A DNA stretch of 64,000 nt from Spirochaetota bacterium (lineage in GTDB: Bacteria > Spirochaetota > UBA4802 > JAFGDQ01). The first letter of the stretch is position 1. The number at the start of each line of letters is the position of its first letter. The notes under the pieces are model-generated. The model was not told the DNA's origin and ran no database searches. It saw nothing but the letters and a program-made list of their open reading frames with translations. A program made the position numbers and the translations under genes. Of the stretch, positions 19,606 to 30,060 are shown piece after piece. The stretch is from positions 174,780 through 238,779 of the forward strand of contig JAZDKB010000015.1 in NCBI GenBank assembly GCA_043803405.1. Direction: 5' to 3'.

Positions 19606-20598
19606 ATGGAAAAACTAACAGATACTGAAATACGCATACTGAACCGCGTGCAGAAAGACTGGAAGCTCGGTGCAACTCCGTTTGCTTATCTTTCGGACGA
19701 ACTTGGCATAAGCGAAGATACTTTGATTACTGCGATAGAGAAATTAAAACGCGGGAAAATAATACGCGACATTTCCGCGATCTTTAACGCCGCGTCCATG
19801 GGTTACAAATCCGCGCTTGTAGCGCTGGAGGTACCGGAAGACTGCATAGGTAAAGCCGTGTCTGCAATAAACGCCAATACCGGAGTGAGCCATAATTACC
19901 TGAGGGATCATAAGTATAATATCTGGTTTACGCTTTCGGTCGCAAAAGACAGATCGCTTGACGAAGAAGCAAAAGCCCTTGCAGACAAATCTGAAGCTAA
20001 AGACTTCCTTGTTTTAAGAAACGAAAGGCTGTTAAAGATAGGGGTGAATTTCCACTTTGGGGAAAATGAGGATAATACTGAAGCTCCTGGTAACGTAAAC
20101 ATAAAAAACGTTCCCGTGCGGGAACTTTCGCAGCAGGAGAAACTGGCTGTAAATATCCTGCAAATGGATTTGCCCTTAACAAACAGGCCGTTCAGGGAGC
20201 TTATTCAAAAATCGAATTCTGATATTGAAGAAAGCCGGGTTGTTGCTTTGGGAGAAGCATTTAAAAAAGAAGGCATAATGCGAAGGTACAGCGCTATTGT
20301 TAAACACGCAGGTGCCGGCTACAGATTTAACGCAATGACTGCGTGGAAGCTCGCGGATTACGGTGACGACGTGCTGATTAAAAAATTCGCGTCTGTTCCG
20401 GATATCTCACATCTTTACCTGCGGACAATTTACCCGGGCAGATGGGAGCACGGGCTGTTTGCAATGATACATGCGAAAAGCAAAGACGAACTGGATGCAA
20501 TCATCGTTAGGCTGGAGACGCAGACCGGGATTAAAGATTATCTTGTATTAAACACGGTCAGGGAACTTAAAAAGCAGCGCGTTATGTATTTCATATAA
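19606..20598 (+). CDS. fused siroheme decarboxylase AhbA/AhbB (NirDL-like, Lrp/AsnC fold)
   Basis: Two tandem Lrp-like halves: GVSHNYLR.H.YNIWFT and NAMTAW..ISHLYLR...W...LFAMIH. Confidence 0.8.
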   Translation: MEKLTDTEIRILNRVQKDWKLGATPFAYLSDELGISEDTLITAIEKLKRGKIIRDISAIFNAASMGYKSALVALEVPEDCIGKAVSAINANTGVSHNYLRDHKYNIWFTLSVAKDRSLDEEAKALADKSEAKDFLVLRNERLLKIGVNFHFGENEDNTEAPGNVNIKNVPVRELSQQEKLAVNILQMDLPLTNRPFRELIQKSNSDIEESRVVALGEAFKKEGIMRRYSAIVKHAGAGYRFNAMTAWKLADYGDDVLIKKFASVPDISHLYLRTIYPGRWEHGLFAMIHAKSKDELDAIIVRLETQTGIKDYLVLNTVRELKKQRVMYFI

Positions 20599-20612
20599 AC
20601 TGCCTGACACTG

Positions 20613-21176
20613 CTAAAATCCATCATATTTTTTACTGTCTTTTTTCTTCTGTGTCTCCAGATTAAGATTCAGTTCATGTTTTTCCTTTGCTTCTTTGAGT
20701 TTAAGATCTAAATATTCGACGAAGATTACGCATGGTATGAACCTTGAAGTACGGCAATACTCGCTTTGCCACACCGAGATTTTGTATCTCTTTTCCTCAA
20801 GCCATCTTCCCATAAGATGAGCATTGATTTCCCTGTTGAACTCCTCGCCGGCGTAGTCGTTGGCTTGACCATATTTTTCAACCATTCTCTGTTTCACCTT
20901 TGCAATTTCTCCGGACGTTATCTCAACTTGTATAAAATACAACCTGTCCGAATGGTCAAAAAACAGTTTGGAACTTACAAGATCCCCTGTTTCGATTTTC
21001 ATGTCTTCGTTTCCGAAAAAAGTGACATTGTTATATTTCCCTTTAACAAGATTTTTAATCTCATTTCTTGTCTGACCCAGATAAAACTCTTTATATCCGA
21101 TCTTTGATACTTCTGAAAAAACTGATGTTGACAGTATAAGGCTCAGTACCCCTGTTATTAACGTGACTTTTTTCAT
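20613..21176 (-). CDS. exported hypothetical protein
   Basis: Signal peptide MKKVTLITGVLSLILSTSVFS. Confidence 0.7.
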   Translation of the reverse strand: MKKVTLITGVLSLILSTSVFSEVSKIGYKEFYLGQTRNEIKNLVKGKYNNVTFFGNEDMKIETGDLVSSKLFFDHSDRLYFIQVEITSGEIAKVKQRMVEKYGQANDYAGEEFNREINAHLMGRWLEEKRYKISVWQSEYCRTSRFIPCVIFVEYLDLKLKEAKEKHELNLNLETQKKKDSKKYDGF

Positions 21177-21475
21177 AATCTTTCACCTGCATTGTTAAGG
21201 ATGAATTAAAAAATATTAAAAAAAATTGTAACTAATTAGAAATATCAATAAAATATTATAAAAAGTCAATTGAATTTTTTTTATTGTTTCACAGATACGG
21301 TTCAAAAAATTATTGATTTATAAAACCGCCTCTGCTATCGTATCGAGATTTTCATTTTTCAGACTGTTCATTCTAAAAGACTATATTAGACAGATTTATT
21401 TTCCTGCTATACTTGTTTACTTTCAGACCAATCCGACAAACAGGAAGAAGTTTATTTTACATAGGGAGAATAACT

Positions 21476-23341
21476 ATGAACAATCTTTCTCAAAAATTAA
21501 AACATTGCATAATATTAAAAATTATTTTTATATTTATCATTTCCTGCCAGATAGTATTTTTTGCGGGCTGCAATAATAGTTCGCAGAACAGCGGGAATCC
21601 AAATGGCGGTACAAATGGCCCGATTATAATTTCAGTAAGCACATCCAGATTAAGCGGAGTTGCTCCTTTGTCCGTATTTTTTGATGCTACAGGCACTACT
21701 GGTCTTACCGATCTAGGCTTTTTTGCAGATAACGCAGCATACATGGATGCAACATTCGCATGGAACTTTGACGCAGATAATACTGATCCGGATGGCAAAT
21801 ATGAAAATGCCAGCGGATTTGTAGCAGCTCATGTTTTTGAGCATCCGGGCACATACAGGGTTCACCTCGATGTTTATGATGCAGCAGGTAATACAGCTTC
21901 CAAAGATACAGTCATTACAGTTTCCGCTTTTAGCGGAACGACTTATTACGTTGCTGCTGATGGTGACGATAGTGGCACAGGAGCAATAGATGATCCGTTC
22001 CAGACAGTTTCCCACGCTCTTACCGGTTCTCATGTACAGAATAATACAAGAATATTATTTAAGCAAGGTGATATATTTAATACAGCTTATGTCGGAATCA
22101 CGAGTTCTGCTACACCAGTTATTGTAGGTACTTATGATGATCCGAGTGATCCTTCCAGTGACAAACCAATTATCTATTCTACCGAATCAAACGGGGCTTA
22201 TTCAACAATTGATCTTACGGTTAACGATTGGCGAGTAATGAATTTAGAAGTACAATCAGGTGGGTATTCTTATAATGTACCTCCACGTTATCCATCCGGT
22301 ATAAATTTTACATCATCCTCAACTAATTGTTTAAAATATAGAACCGCAGAGAATAATCTAGGTCAATTACCTTTGAATATAGGAGGTCATTATAATACAA
22401 TTGCAGAATGTGAATTTTATAATGTAAATCTCGGAGGATATTCTTCAGGTACTGCAACCAATTATGAGAATGCTATTATTGGTAACAATGTACATGACCA
22501 AATAGGAGATCACGAGGGACATACTTTCCGTTTACAGGGTGGAAATAGATTTTTTATTGCGCATAATACATTTGGGCCGAATATTGAAACAGTTGTTTGG
22601 GATGCGCTAACTATAAGGGGTAATTCAGAAAAAGTAGTTATTTATAAAAATACGATGTATGGCAACGTACTTTCTATTAGACCGCAAAATACAAATTCTG
22701 CTGAAGAATATCAACATCATGTTTTGGCAGATTCTAATTTATTTATAGGTGTTAGCGGACATCGTCAAAGTTCAGTACAAATAGATGCAAAAGATATTGT
22801 CTTCAGAAATAATATATTTTATAATTATGAATATATATTCTCTATTCAAGATGACTCCATTGTTGGTTCTTCTCAAAGAATTAAAATATATAATAATACT
22901 TTTATAAATCCTTCTGTAAGTAATGCTTTTTATTTATTTTATATCGATCAACCATGTACTAATTTAGAATTTAAGAATAATTTAATGCTAGATGTAGCTA
23001 GTGTTAACACTATTTGTTTTCTGGGAATCGAAAATGGTAACACATTGACGAATTGTATATCAAATCATAATATGTTTTATGGTAGTAATTGGGTAGCTTC
23101 TCCTGTATTATTCAATGGAGGGACTTTAGCTATCTGGCAATCTTCTACCGGCAATGATCAAAATAGTTTTATTGCGAATCCAAATCTTATAAGTACTGAT
23201 CCCAATAATATTAATTTTGGTAAACCGCAAGCAGGCAGCCCAGTCATAGGTGCAGGTGAGGCTTTGCTTTATAACGCTCTCGATTACAACGGAAATTTAA
23301 GAGGAGCTTCGCACGATATTGGAGCTTGCGAATATTATTGA
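21476..23341 (+). CDS. lipoprotein with PKD domain and right-handed beta-helix repeats
   Basis: Lipobox FAGC; SGVAPLSVFFDA..WNF..HVFEHPGTY (PKD); TYYVAADGDD; many NN-type beta-helix repeats; DIGACEY C-terminus; AGGGAG RBS. Confidence 0.8.
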   Translation: MNNLSQKLKHCIILKIIFIFIISCQIVFFAGCNNSSQNSGNPNGGTNGPIIISVSTSRLSGVAPLSVFFDATGTTGLTDLGFFADNAAYMDATFAWNFDADNTDPDGKYENASGFVAAHVFEHPGTYRVHLDVYDAAGNTASKDTVITVSAFSGTTYYVAADGDDSGTGAIDDPFQTVSHALTGSHVQNNTRILFKQGDIFNTAYVGITSSATPVIVGTYDDPSDPSSDKPIIYSTESNGAYSTIDLTVNDWRVMNLEVQSGGYSYNVPPRYPSGINFTSSSTNCLKYRTAENNLGQLPLNIGGHYNTIAECEFYNVNLGGYSSGTATNYENAIIGNNVHDQIGDHEGHTFRLQGGNRFFIAHNTFGPNIETVVWDALTIRGNSEKVVIYKNTMYGNVLSIRPQNTNSAEEYQHHVLADSNLFIGVSGHRQSSVQIDAKDIVFRNNIFYNYEYIFSIQDDSIVGSSQRIKIYNNTFINPSVSNAFYLFYIDQPCTNLEFKNNLMLDVASVNTICFLGIENGNTLTNCISNHNMFYGSNWVASPVLFNGGTLAIWQSSTGNDQNSFIANPNLISTDPNNINFGKPQAGSPVIGAGEALLYNALDYNGNLRGASHDIGACEYY

Positions 23342-23456
23342 TAGAAAGGCAATAGAAAAATGTCATAAATCACCAGGGAATTTTCGGGTATTGAGCTGAT
23401 TCAAAGTTCTTATTTGGGAATTAAACGATTCATTGTTGTAAGGATATTGAGTTGTA

Positions 23457-26400
23457 TTATATCTTCTCCTGATGCTTCAGCATAGGTTCCAGAATCTTAA
23501 GTGAGGTTTCAGTAAAATCATCGTTTACAGGAGAAATATTTCCAAAGCACAGGTTGTAATATGCATCAGTGCCCTCCCCGCCTCCCTGATACTCATTGCC
23601 TGTCCATTCATCTTCAGCCTGCGATCTGGCCTTTTCAGCGGAATTGCCCTTAAACATTGAATCGGCAAATTTAAGGGAAGTTTCCGGGAAAAAGCGGATA
23701 AGCTCATTGTGGCCTTTAATAAATAAATCCAGCAAATCGCAGAGCAGATCGCCGCAGTTCTGGGGCCGGCTAATTTCCCATTCCGCGTTCTTGCAAATTA
23801 AAATGCTCTTTGCAGAGCAGTCGCTATTGTTAAGCGTATTCAGTATAATATGTTCTATCCATGCTTTTATTCTGTCAGCGGCTTTTGCTTTAGCATACCT
23901 GTACCGCAGCATTCCATTTTGCCGGATATTATCCAGCCTGCCTGTCAGCTTAAAACCGCGGATATCCAGATCGACCTCAACAGTATCCGGCCTGACACAT
24001 CCGGAAATTTCTTCTATCCTGCACACAAAATTTTTTATTCCGGGTAATGAATTTTCAAAAAGCGCCCTTCCCGTCTCTCCGTGAGGAAGCATTCCGCGGG
24101 CGCGGACAATATTATACAGATCGTCCAGGTTTCGGCCTGCCATACAATGCCCGCATATCATTTCCTCAAGGAGATATTTCTGTAACCCCTCGACGCTAAA
24201 CGGTTCTTTCTCATCCAGGACGTCCGTTCTGTTGTCCAGATAAATGCCAAGTACATTCGTGCAAAGATATTTTGCAGGATTGCTGAAAAACGAAAGCAGG
24301 CTGCTCACTGTGATCGTTTTCCCCGGAACAAGACAAGTATCGGAAAGTCTGCCTTTTATGAACAGGCTTTCGTCTTTTCTTTCCGACACTGTAATTTTGC
24401 AGGCTGCATGATTTTCTTCCGAGTAGCTGAACAGGTTTTTATTATCTGTAAAATATTTACCGCTGAATGACTGCAAGGGATGCTTTATAAGTATATGATC
24501 TTTTATTGCAGCGTCCTTTGCCATGTATTTCCCTATATAGTCCAGGAGTTCGCTTACCACGACCGAAGGCTGAATTTCGCTGTTGTCTTTAATGCTTTGC
24601 CCTGTGTAGCTGATATACAAACTTTGCCCTGCAGATATGATCGCTTCCAGAAAAAGATACCGGTCATCGTCGCGGCGCGACCTGTCGCCGCGTATGGGCT
24701 TCTGAGATATCAGGTCAAAGCTTACGGGATTGTCGGCTCTTGGGAATGAGCTGTCGTTCAGTCCCATAAGACAGACTGCCTTGAAAGGGATGCTGCGCAT
24801 GGGCAGCATTGCGCAGAATGTGACGCCGCCTGTTAAAAAGCCGCTGCTTATGCGCCTGTCCTTAAACAACGCCCGCAGCCATGTTATAATAACCACGGGT
24901 TCTATCTCCTCATGAAAATCAGACTTTTCCTCTATTGAAACAAGTTTAATAACAGCATCCCGTATCATCTGAATATTTTCAGAGTCGTCGTTAATATCAA
25001 ATATTCTGCTGACTATTGTTTCAAGAACATTGGTCCAGCCGGAGAGCGTATATTTTTTTGAGAGCGATTCTGTTATGCCTGTAAGCGTATTGAAATATTC
25101 GATGAACTTTCCGAGTACTGCAGAATCGCTGCCCTCAATGTCATAAGGCAGAATATCCTGAAACATTGTTTCGGCATTGCCCGGCATCGCGTAACCCAGA
25201 AGCATACGCTCAAGACCGGACTCCCACGTGTTCTCTTTAAAAGCAGGCAAACCCAGCTTTCCACGAAAATCCGCGTCGATTCCCCAGCTTACGTTCGTGC
25301 CTTTTATCCATTCGCGGATCAGTTTAAGATCGCTCAGAGTAAGGCCGAAGTTATTTAATACATTGCCGTTTTCCAGAATATCCAGAATCTTTGCTGCTTC
25401 GAACCTGCTGTTCTTAAGCTCAAGCACGGCAAAGAATGTCCTTTCGGTAAGGCTGTCTTTTTCAATGCTCCTGTCTGCAATTGAGAATGGAATTCTGCGG
25501 CGCTCGTCGCGCGGTTCACCGAATACCGCAGAAATATATGGCGAATATGCTTCGATATCCGGTGTCATCACGATAATATCGCGTGGTTCCAGCGCCGGGT
25601 CCGAATTAAACATATCGAGGATATTATCATACAAAACTTCCGTTTCACGCATCGGGCTGTGGCACGAATGCACTCTTACCGACATATCTGCAGCAAGCGC
25701 AGCCGCAGTAAACTTCGCGCGCCCGTTCTCATCGGGCTCAGTCATGTCGAGTATGTCGCGCTGAATATTGTGAAGCAGTGAATCGCGAGGCTGCTCCGAA
25801 AACAGGGGGTATTCCTGCGTGTTGTCGTCTTTCGTTAGCATTGAAAAAAAATCGCCTCCCACCCTTCCCAGCGAAGCAAGAAGACTGTTGCCCTTTTCCA
25901 GATGCAGTTCGTTTGTGGTGATATTATCCTTATATTTTCCCATGGTCTTTGCGATGTTTTTTTCCGGGTAAATATCGGCCCAGTATTCCCTGCACGGATT
26001 CATGAAAAAGATATTTACCTGAAGATAACCTGATATCGCGGAGAGAATATCCAGGTGAAATTCAGGTATCGAAGATATCCCGAATACTGAGATCCTTTCC
26101 GTAAGAGCAGCCGGATTGAAATCCTCGTTCTTTAGCTGCCCGAAAAATTTATTTTTTAAATCATGCGGAAGCTGCGGTTTACGACCGCTTATCAGGTTAC
26201 GCCATAGCTCAGGCTGCCAGCCGCTGCCCTTTCCGCTGTTCCAGCCGAGCATCATGTCCGGCCTGTATGTGAGGTACTGATCGAACGTGTCAGCAATACG
26301 CGCTGACAGCTGGTAGCTGCGCAGCATAGCGTCATCTGCAGTCAGGTATTCTTTAAGGCTTTCGAATTCTTTTTTTTCAAGACAGCCAGGCAATACTTTC

Positions 26401-26690
26401 ATTATCTGCCATGCTGCAACTGAAGTATCGAAAAGACGCTCGCCGCTGTAATCCGGAATGATCCTGCTGAAAATCTCATCAATGATATTGTTCGGGTAAT
26501 AATATTTGCAGTTCGACCATACGCCAAGCCTCTCAGCCATCTGCATGGATATCCAGCGCGCCATGCCCGGGCTCTGTACAACGATCGCTTCCGGCTTTAA
26601 CGGTGAAGAAAGCGGCTTTCTTATAGTATCAGCGAGCTTGTCAGCAAGGGCTTCCAGTTTATTGCTTGTGTATAGTTGGATATTGGGCAT
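23457..26690 (-). CDS. recC: exodeoxyribonuclease V gamma subunit
   Basis: SNKLEALA, IVVQSPGMARW, FDQYLTYRPD, NPCREYWADI, CHSPMRE, MRSIPFKAVCLMGLN and DRYLFLEAI. Confidence 0.93.
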   Translation of the reverse strand: MPNIQLYTSNKLEALADKLADTIRKPLSSPLKPEAIVVQSPGMARWISMQMAERLGVWSNCKYYYPNNIIDEIFSRIIPDYSGERLFDTSVAAWQIMKVLPGCLEKKEFESLKEYLTADDAMLRSYQLSARIADTFDQYLTYRPDMMLGWNSGKGSGWQPELWRNLISGRKPQLPHDLKNKFFGQLKNEDFNPAALTERISVFGISSIPEFHLDILSAISGYLQVNIFFMNPCREYWADIYPEKNIAKTMGKYKDNITTNELHLEKGNSLLASLGRVGGDFFSMLTKDDNTQEYPLFSEQPRDSLLHNIQRDILDMTEPDENGRAKFTAAALAADMSVRVHSCHSPMRETEVLYDNILDMFNSDPALEPRDIIVMTPDIEAYSPYISAVFGEPRDERRRIPFSIADRSIEKDSLTERTFFAVLELKNSRFEAAKILDILENGNVLNNFGLTLSDLKLIREWIKGTNVSWGIDADFRGKLGLPAFKENTWESGLERMLLGYAMPGNAETMFQDILPYDIEGSDSAVLGKFIEYFNTLTGITESLSKKYTLSGWTNVLETIVSRIFDINDDSENIQMIRDAVIKLVSIEEKSDFHEEIEPVVIITWLRALFKDRRISSGFLTGGVTFCAMLPMRSIPFKAVCLMGLNDSSFPRADNPVSFDLISQKPIRGDRSRRDDDRYLFLEAIISAGQSLYISYTGQSIKDNSEIQPSVVVSELLDYIGKYMAKDAAIKDHILIKHPLQSFSGKYFTDNKNLFSYSEENHAACKITVSERKDESLFIKGRLSDTCLVPGKTITVSSLLSFFSNPAKYLCTNVLGIYLDNRTDVLDEKEPFSVEGLQKYLLEEMICGHCMAGRNLDDLYNIVRARGMLPHGETGRALFENSLPGIKNFVCRIEEISGCVRPDTVEVDLDIRGFKLTGRLDNIRQNGMLRYRYAKAKAADRIKAWIEHIILNTLNNSDCSAKSILICKNAEWEISRPQNCGDLLCDLLDLFIKGHNELIRFFPETSLKFADSMFKGNSAEKARSQAEDEWTGNEYQGGGEGTDAYYNLCFGNISPVNDDFTETSLKILEPMLKHQEKI

Positions 26691-26748
26691 TGTAAATAAT
26701 TATATCTATAGAGTAGGATTTTACCGTGTACTTAGATATACTATAAGA

Positions 26749-27021
26749 TCAATATATCTCATCATGGCTTCCGATATCAATCGGAATTACTTTATTATCT
26801 TCGATTAAAAAATCAATTGATATCCGATAAGAAATATTTATTGATACAGAATACAATTCAGACATTCTGCCGTGCAATTTGTGTAATCTTAATGAAGGAT
26901 GATTTGGATTCAGTTCCAGCAATTTTAGAGTTTTTTCATATTGAGATATTAATTCAGGATGTTTTTTAGCAAATTTTGCTGCCCGTTTTAAATAACTCTC
27001 AGTATAAATTATGTCAAACAC
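26749..27021 (-). CDS. RelE/YafQ-family toxin
   Basis: HPSLRLHKL.G....S.SIN.SYRI...IDIGSHDEIY; overlaps the antitoxin gene. Confidence 0.85.
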   Translation of the reverse strand: MFDIIYTESYLKRAAKFAKKHPELISQYEKTLKLLELNPNHPSLRLHKLHGRMSELYSVSINISYRISIDFLIEDNKVIPIDIGSHDEIY

Positions 27022-27271
27022 GAGTTATTCTCTTTATATGTTTTTCAACGGATTCTTTTATAAACTTTCCTTCTTTGATATCTTTTCTGGTTTCCTGAAG
27101 CGCAGTTTCCAGTTCACATTCCCTTAAATAATTATATTTTTCAATTGGAAGAACAACAAATTTATTTTTTCCTCTAACAGTTATAATTACTTCTGTTCCA
27201 TCTGCTGTTTCCTCTTCCAAAATAGAAACACCCTTTGTTTTTAATTCGTTTGCTGTTATTATTTGTGGCAT
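27014..27271 (-). CDS. Phd/YefM-family antitoxin
   Basis: ITANELKT...VIITVRGKNKFVVLPIEKY. Confidence 0.85.
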   Translation of the reverse strand: MPQIITANELKTKGVSILEEETADGTEVIITVRGKNKFVVLPIEKYNYLRECELETALQETRKDIKEGKFIKESVEKHIKRITRV

Positions 27272-27288
27272 TTTTATTAATCCTTTTA

Positions 27289-27330
27289 ATAGTACGATTT
27301 ATAATACTATCATTATGTTTAATCTGTCAA
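27289..27330 (-). promoter_or_regulatory. sigma70-type promoter with overlapping palindromic operator for the TA pair
   Basis: Minus strand TTGACA-18-TATTAT; palindrome ATAGTA-N10-TACTAT (27289-27310) overlaps the -10 box. Confidence 0.5.
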
Positions 27331-27417
27331 TATTTTTTTATTAAAAAATTTTTGTATTGAAGTAATATTTATCTTCATAAATATATATTTATAATTTATT
27401 CGCAGACATTAAAAAAA

Positions 27418-28389
27418 ATGCCAGAACCAACAACATTATCATCCGTAATCAATAAAAACAATGCCGGTGCCCGGCTTATTGACTTTCTGAGTTCGCGGTT
27501 CAGGTATCACACAATCGAAAAATGGGAAGAGATTATTAATGCACAGGATGTAAAAGTAAATGGTTCAGCTTCTTTGCCTGATTATATCCTTAAAAACAAA
27601 GACATCGTTTCATATACAGTTATACTTAACGAACCTCCAGTTGATTCGAATATTAAAATTATTCATAATGAAGACAGTTTTCTTGTAGCGTTTAAACCGG
27701 GTAATCTTCCCTCACATGCTGACGGTAACTTTATTAAGCATACTTTTTCTTACTTAATAAAGAAGATGATGTCGGATAAAGGTTATGACGGATACCTTAA
27801 ACTGGCGCATCGGCTCGACCGCGAGACGAGTGGCCTCCTTGTTGTTGCAAAATCGAAAGATGCTAACCGCGCCCTTGCCCGTCAGTTCGAGGCCCATGCT
27901 GTTGAGAAAGAATATATCGCGATAGTCCGCGGTTCAATTCAGGACGCTTCATTTGAAGCAGACGGCGCGATCGCGCCCGATCCCGAAAGCTCTGTGTCTA
28001 TCAGGAAGCGCGTTGTGCCTGCAGGTACACCGAACGCGCAGGCTTCCCTCACCCGCTTTGAAGTGATCGAGCGTCTTACAGACTATACAGTCGTGCGATG
28101 CCTGCCTGCTACCGGCCGCACGAACCAGATACGCGTGCATCTCGCGCACATTGGGCACCCGCTCGCGGGAGACAAGCTTTACGGCAGAAGCGATGCAGAG
28201 TTCCTGGAATTTGTGCGAGCTGCACGCAGAGGAAGTTTTGAGATGCTGCCGTGGATGGACGCGCCCCGGCATATGCTCCACGCGTCCTCAATCGCGTTCA
28301 AGCATCCGGTAACAGGCGAACGGGTACAGTTCCTGTGTCCGGTGCCTGAGGATATGATGGAGTTTATTAGGAAAGTATTAAAAAAATAA
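27418..28389 (+). CDS. RluA/RluD-family pseudouridine synthase
   Basis: S4-like N-terminus; KPGNL, HRLDRETSG, TGRTNQIRVH and GDKLYG. Confidence 0.93.
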   Translation: MPEPTTLSSVINKNNAGARLIDFLSSRFRYHTIEKWEEIINAQDVKVNGSASLPDYILKNKDIVSYTVILNEPPVDSNIKIIHNEDSFLVAFKPGNLPSHADGNFIKHTFSYLIKKMMSDKGYDGYLKLAHRLDRETSGLLVVAKSKDANRALARQFEAHAVEKEYIAIVRGSIQDASFEADGAIAPDPESSVSIRKRVVPAGTPNAQASLTRFEVIERLTDYTVVRCLPATGRTNQIRVHLAHIGHPLAGDKLYGRSDAEFLEFVRAARRGSFEMLPWMDAPRHMLHASSIAFKHPVTGERVQFLCPVPEDMMEFIRKVLKK

Positions 28390-28390
28390 T

Positions 28391-28735
28391 TTACCGAGTT
28401 TTACAGTTTGAGAGGTAGTATTTTACTTTTTTCTTTTCGATTTCTTCGTACCCGAATATTTTTATATGACGCCTCTCTTTTCCATTACCTTCCAGCACAG
28501 AATATGGATCATCCATCATTGATCCATTTCCGAATTCTATAGATATATATTTTTTTCTTTGAAATATCCCACATAAAAGAAAATCGGTTTTATAAACTAT
28601 TCCGCCATACATTATAACTTCCGAAGCTTCCGGAATAATCTTCAATATTATTTTACGCAGGACAGTAATCATCTTTGCCTCTTCCGGCATAAATGCTTCT
28701 AAATCCTGAATAAACCGTTTAACATCTTTATCCAT
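28391..28735 (-). CDS. DUF1801-family protein
   Basis: LRKIIL...E.IMYG...CGIF...SIEF..G....DP...LEG.GK.RRHIK. Confidence 0.75.
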   Translation of the reverse strand: MDKDVKRFIQDLEAFMPEEAKMITVLRKIILKIIPEASEVIMYGGIVYKTDFLLCGIFQRKKYISIEFGNGSMMDDPYSVLEGNGKERRHIKIFGYEEIEKKKVKYYLSNCKTR

Positions 28736-28740
28736 TTTTA

Positions 28741-29154
28741 TTAACTCTGCTTTGCAAAACCCAGAATATAGCCGTTGCAATCTGCAATATAAAACTCACG
28801 CATTCCGTACCAACTGGTATGGATATCTTTTATTATTTTTACTTTGTCTTTAAATTTTTTATAAATAGAATCAATGTCATCTACTTCGAAATAAAATGAC
28901 ACAGATGCTCCAATTGGCTTATTCGCAAAATATGGAATATCAGATGAAAGGCTTCCTTTCGATTGAAACATAATCTCAATTGATTCTGATTTAACTAAAG
29001 CGTATACTAATTTTCTTTTGTAATCATTTTCAAACAATCCTTCATTTTTATCTTCAGGGACTCCCATCACAAAAGTGAAGTTCAGATAATCCTGATAAAA
29101 TTTAACTGTTTCTTGGACATCATTGACCATTAAATTTGCCGTTAATTTTTGCAT
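28741..29154 (-). CDS. VOC/glyoxalase-family protein
   Basis: NLMVNDV.ETV.FY...L.F; YFEVDD; WYGMREF...D.NGY.L.F. Confidence 0.88.
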   Translation of the reverse strand: MQKLTANLMVNDVQETVKFYQDYLNFTFVMGVPEDKNEGLFENDYKRKLVYALVKSESIEIMFQSKGSLSSDIPYFANKPIGASVSFYFEVDDIDSIYKKFKDKVKIIKDIHTSWYGMREFYIADCNGYILGFAKQS

Positions 29155-29263
29155 CCTATGCCTCCGAATTTATTATTGATCATGTACACTCAGCAGCAGT
29201 ATACTAAAAATTCCTTTCACTAAATAATTTATCTATTAATTTTAGTCTTGTAAAAATGCGACA

Positions 29264-29986
29264 TTACTGTTTTTTTAGCGGGACAGTTCCGGAGAGCATT
29301 TTATATTCTTTGTAAAAATGTGACTGGTCATAATAGCCGGCATTTTGAGCAATAGAAGCGAGTGAGTCTTCAATATTTACTTTGAGTATTTTATTCACAT
29401 ATTGAAAGCGGGTTATCCTTGAATAAAATTTGGGGGATATTCCTACAGAATTCATAAATTTACGTTCAAGATGGCGTCTTGATACGCCTATAATATCTGC
29501 AATTTCATCTACTGTTCTTAATCCATTATTATCCTTAATTAAAACAGCAGCCGAATATGCAATCTTATCAAATTGCTTTTCCATGAAGCACTTCTTTAAT
29601 TTATTTTCTATGGCAGAAAAAATAAAGTTTTTATTAGAAACACAATCTGCATCAATTGCAGGAATATTCAGTTCGCAGATTTCGTCAAGAGGGATATTTT
29701 TATCTGTCAATTCTATCAGGGGAATATTTAAAAATGGAGAAGCACAGCAGGGTCTAAAACGAATACCGATGCTTATTTCGGCAGGTTCAATAAACACTTC
29801 AGCAGGCCTGGTCATACATCCAACAACGAATTGATTACATCGCCCATTATTAAACGATAATATAATATCAGTACATCCATCAGGGGGAATTATCGCTTTT
29901 ATTCTTTTACTGGTATTGTTAGAGTAAGTCCAATATGCTTCAATATACTGCGCTGCCCAGTTTTCGGGAGTTAATTCATAATACAT
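29264..29986 (-). CDS. AraC-family regulator (DUF6597-type N-terminus)
   Basis: PDGCTDI, GIRFRP, SRRHLERKF...GISPK and GYYDQSHF. Confidence 0.88.
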   Translation of the reverse strand: MYYELTPENWAAQYIEAYWTYSNNTSKRIKAIIPPDGCTDIILSFNNGRCNQFVVGCMTRPAEVFIEPAEISIGIRFRPCCASPFLNIPLIELTDKNIPLDEICELNIPAIDADCVSNKNFIFSAIENKLKKCFMEKQFDKIAYSAAVLIKDNNGLRTVDEIADIIGVSRRHLERKFMNSVGISPKFYSRITRFQYVNKILKVNIEDSLASIAQNAGYYDQSHFYKEYKMLSGTVPLKKQ

Positions 29987-30060
29987 ATAAGTACACAGAG
30001 TAAAATATTTTCAGCAGTCAATTACTATTGTTTTTATAAATCTTATATCCTTCTTCCGGG

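Noticed and set aside
27418..28389. GC shift within the RluA gene (AT-rich 5' part, GC-rich 3' part)
   Set aside because: Visible by eye but not quantifiable here; the protein is intact and ordinary.
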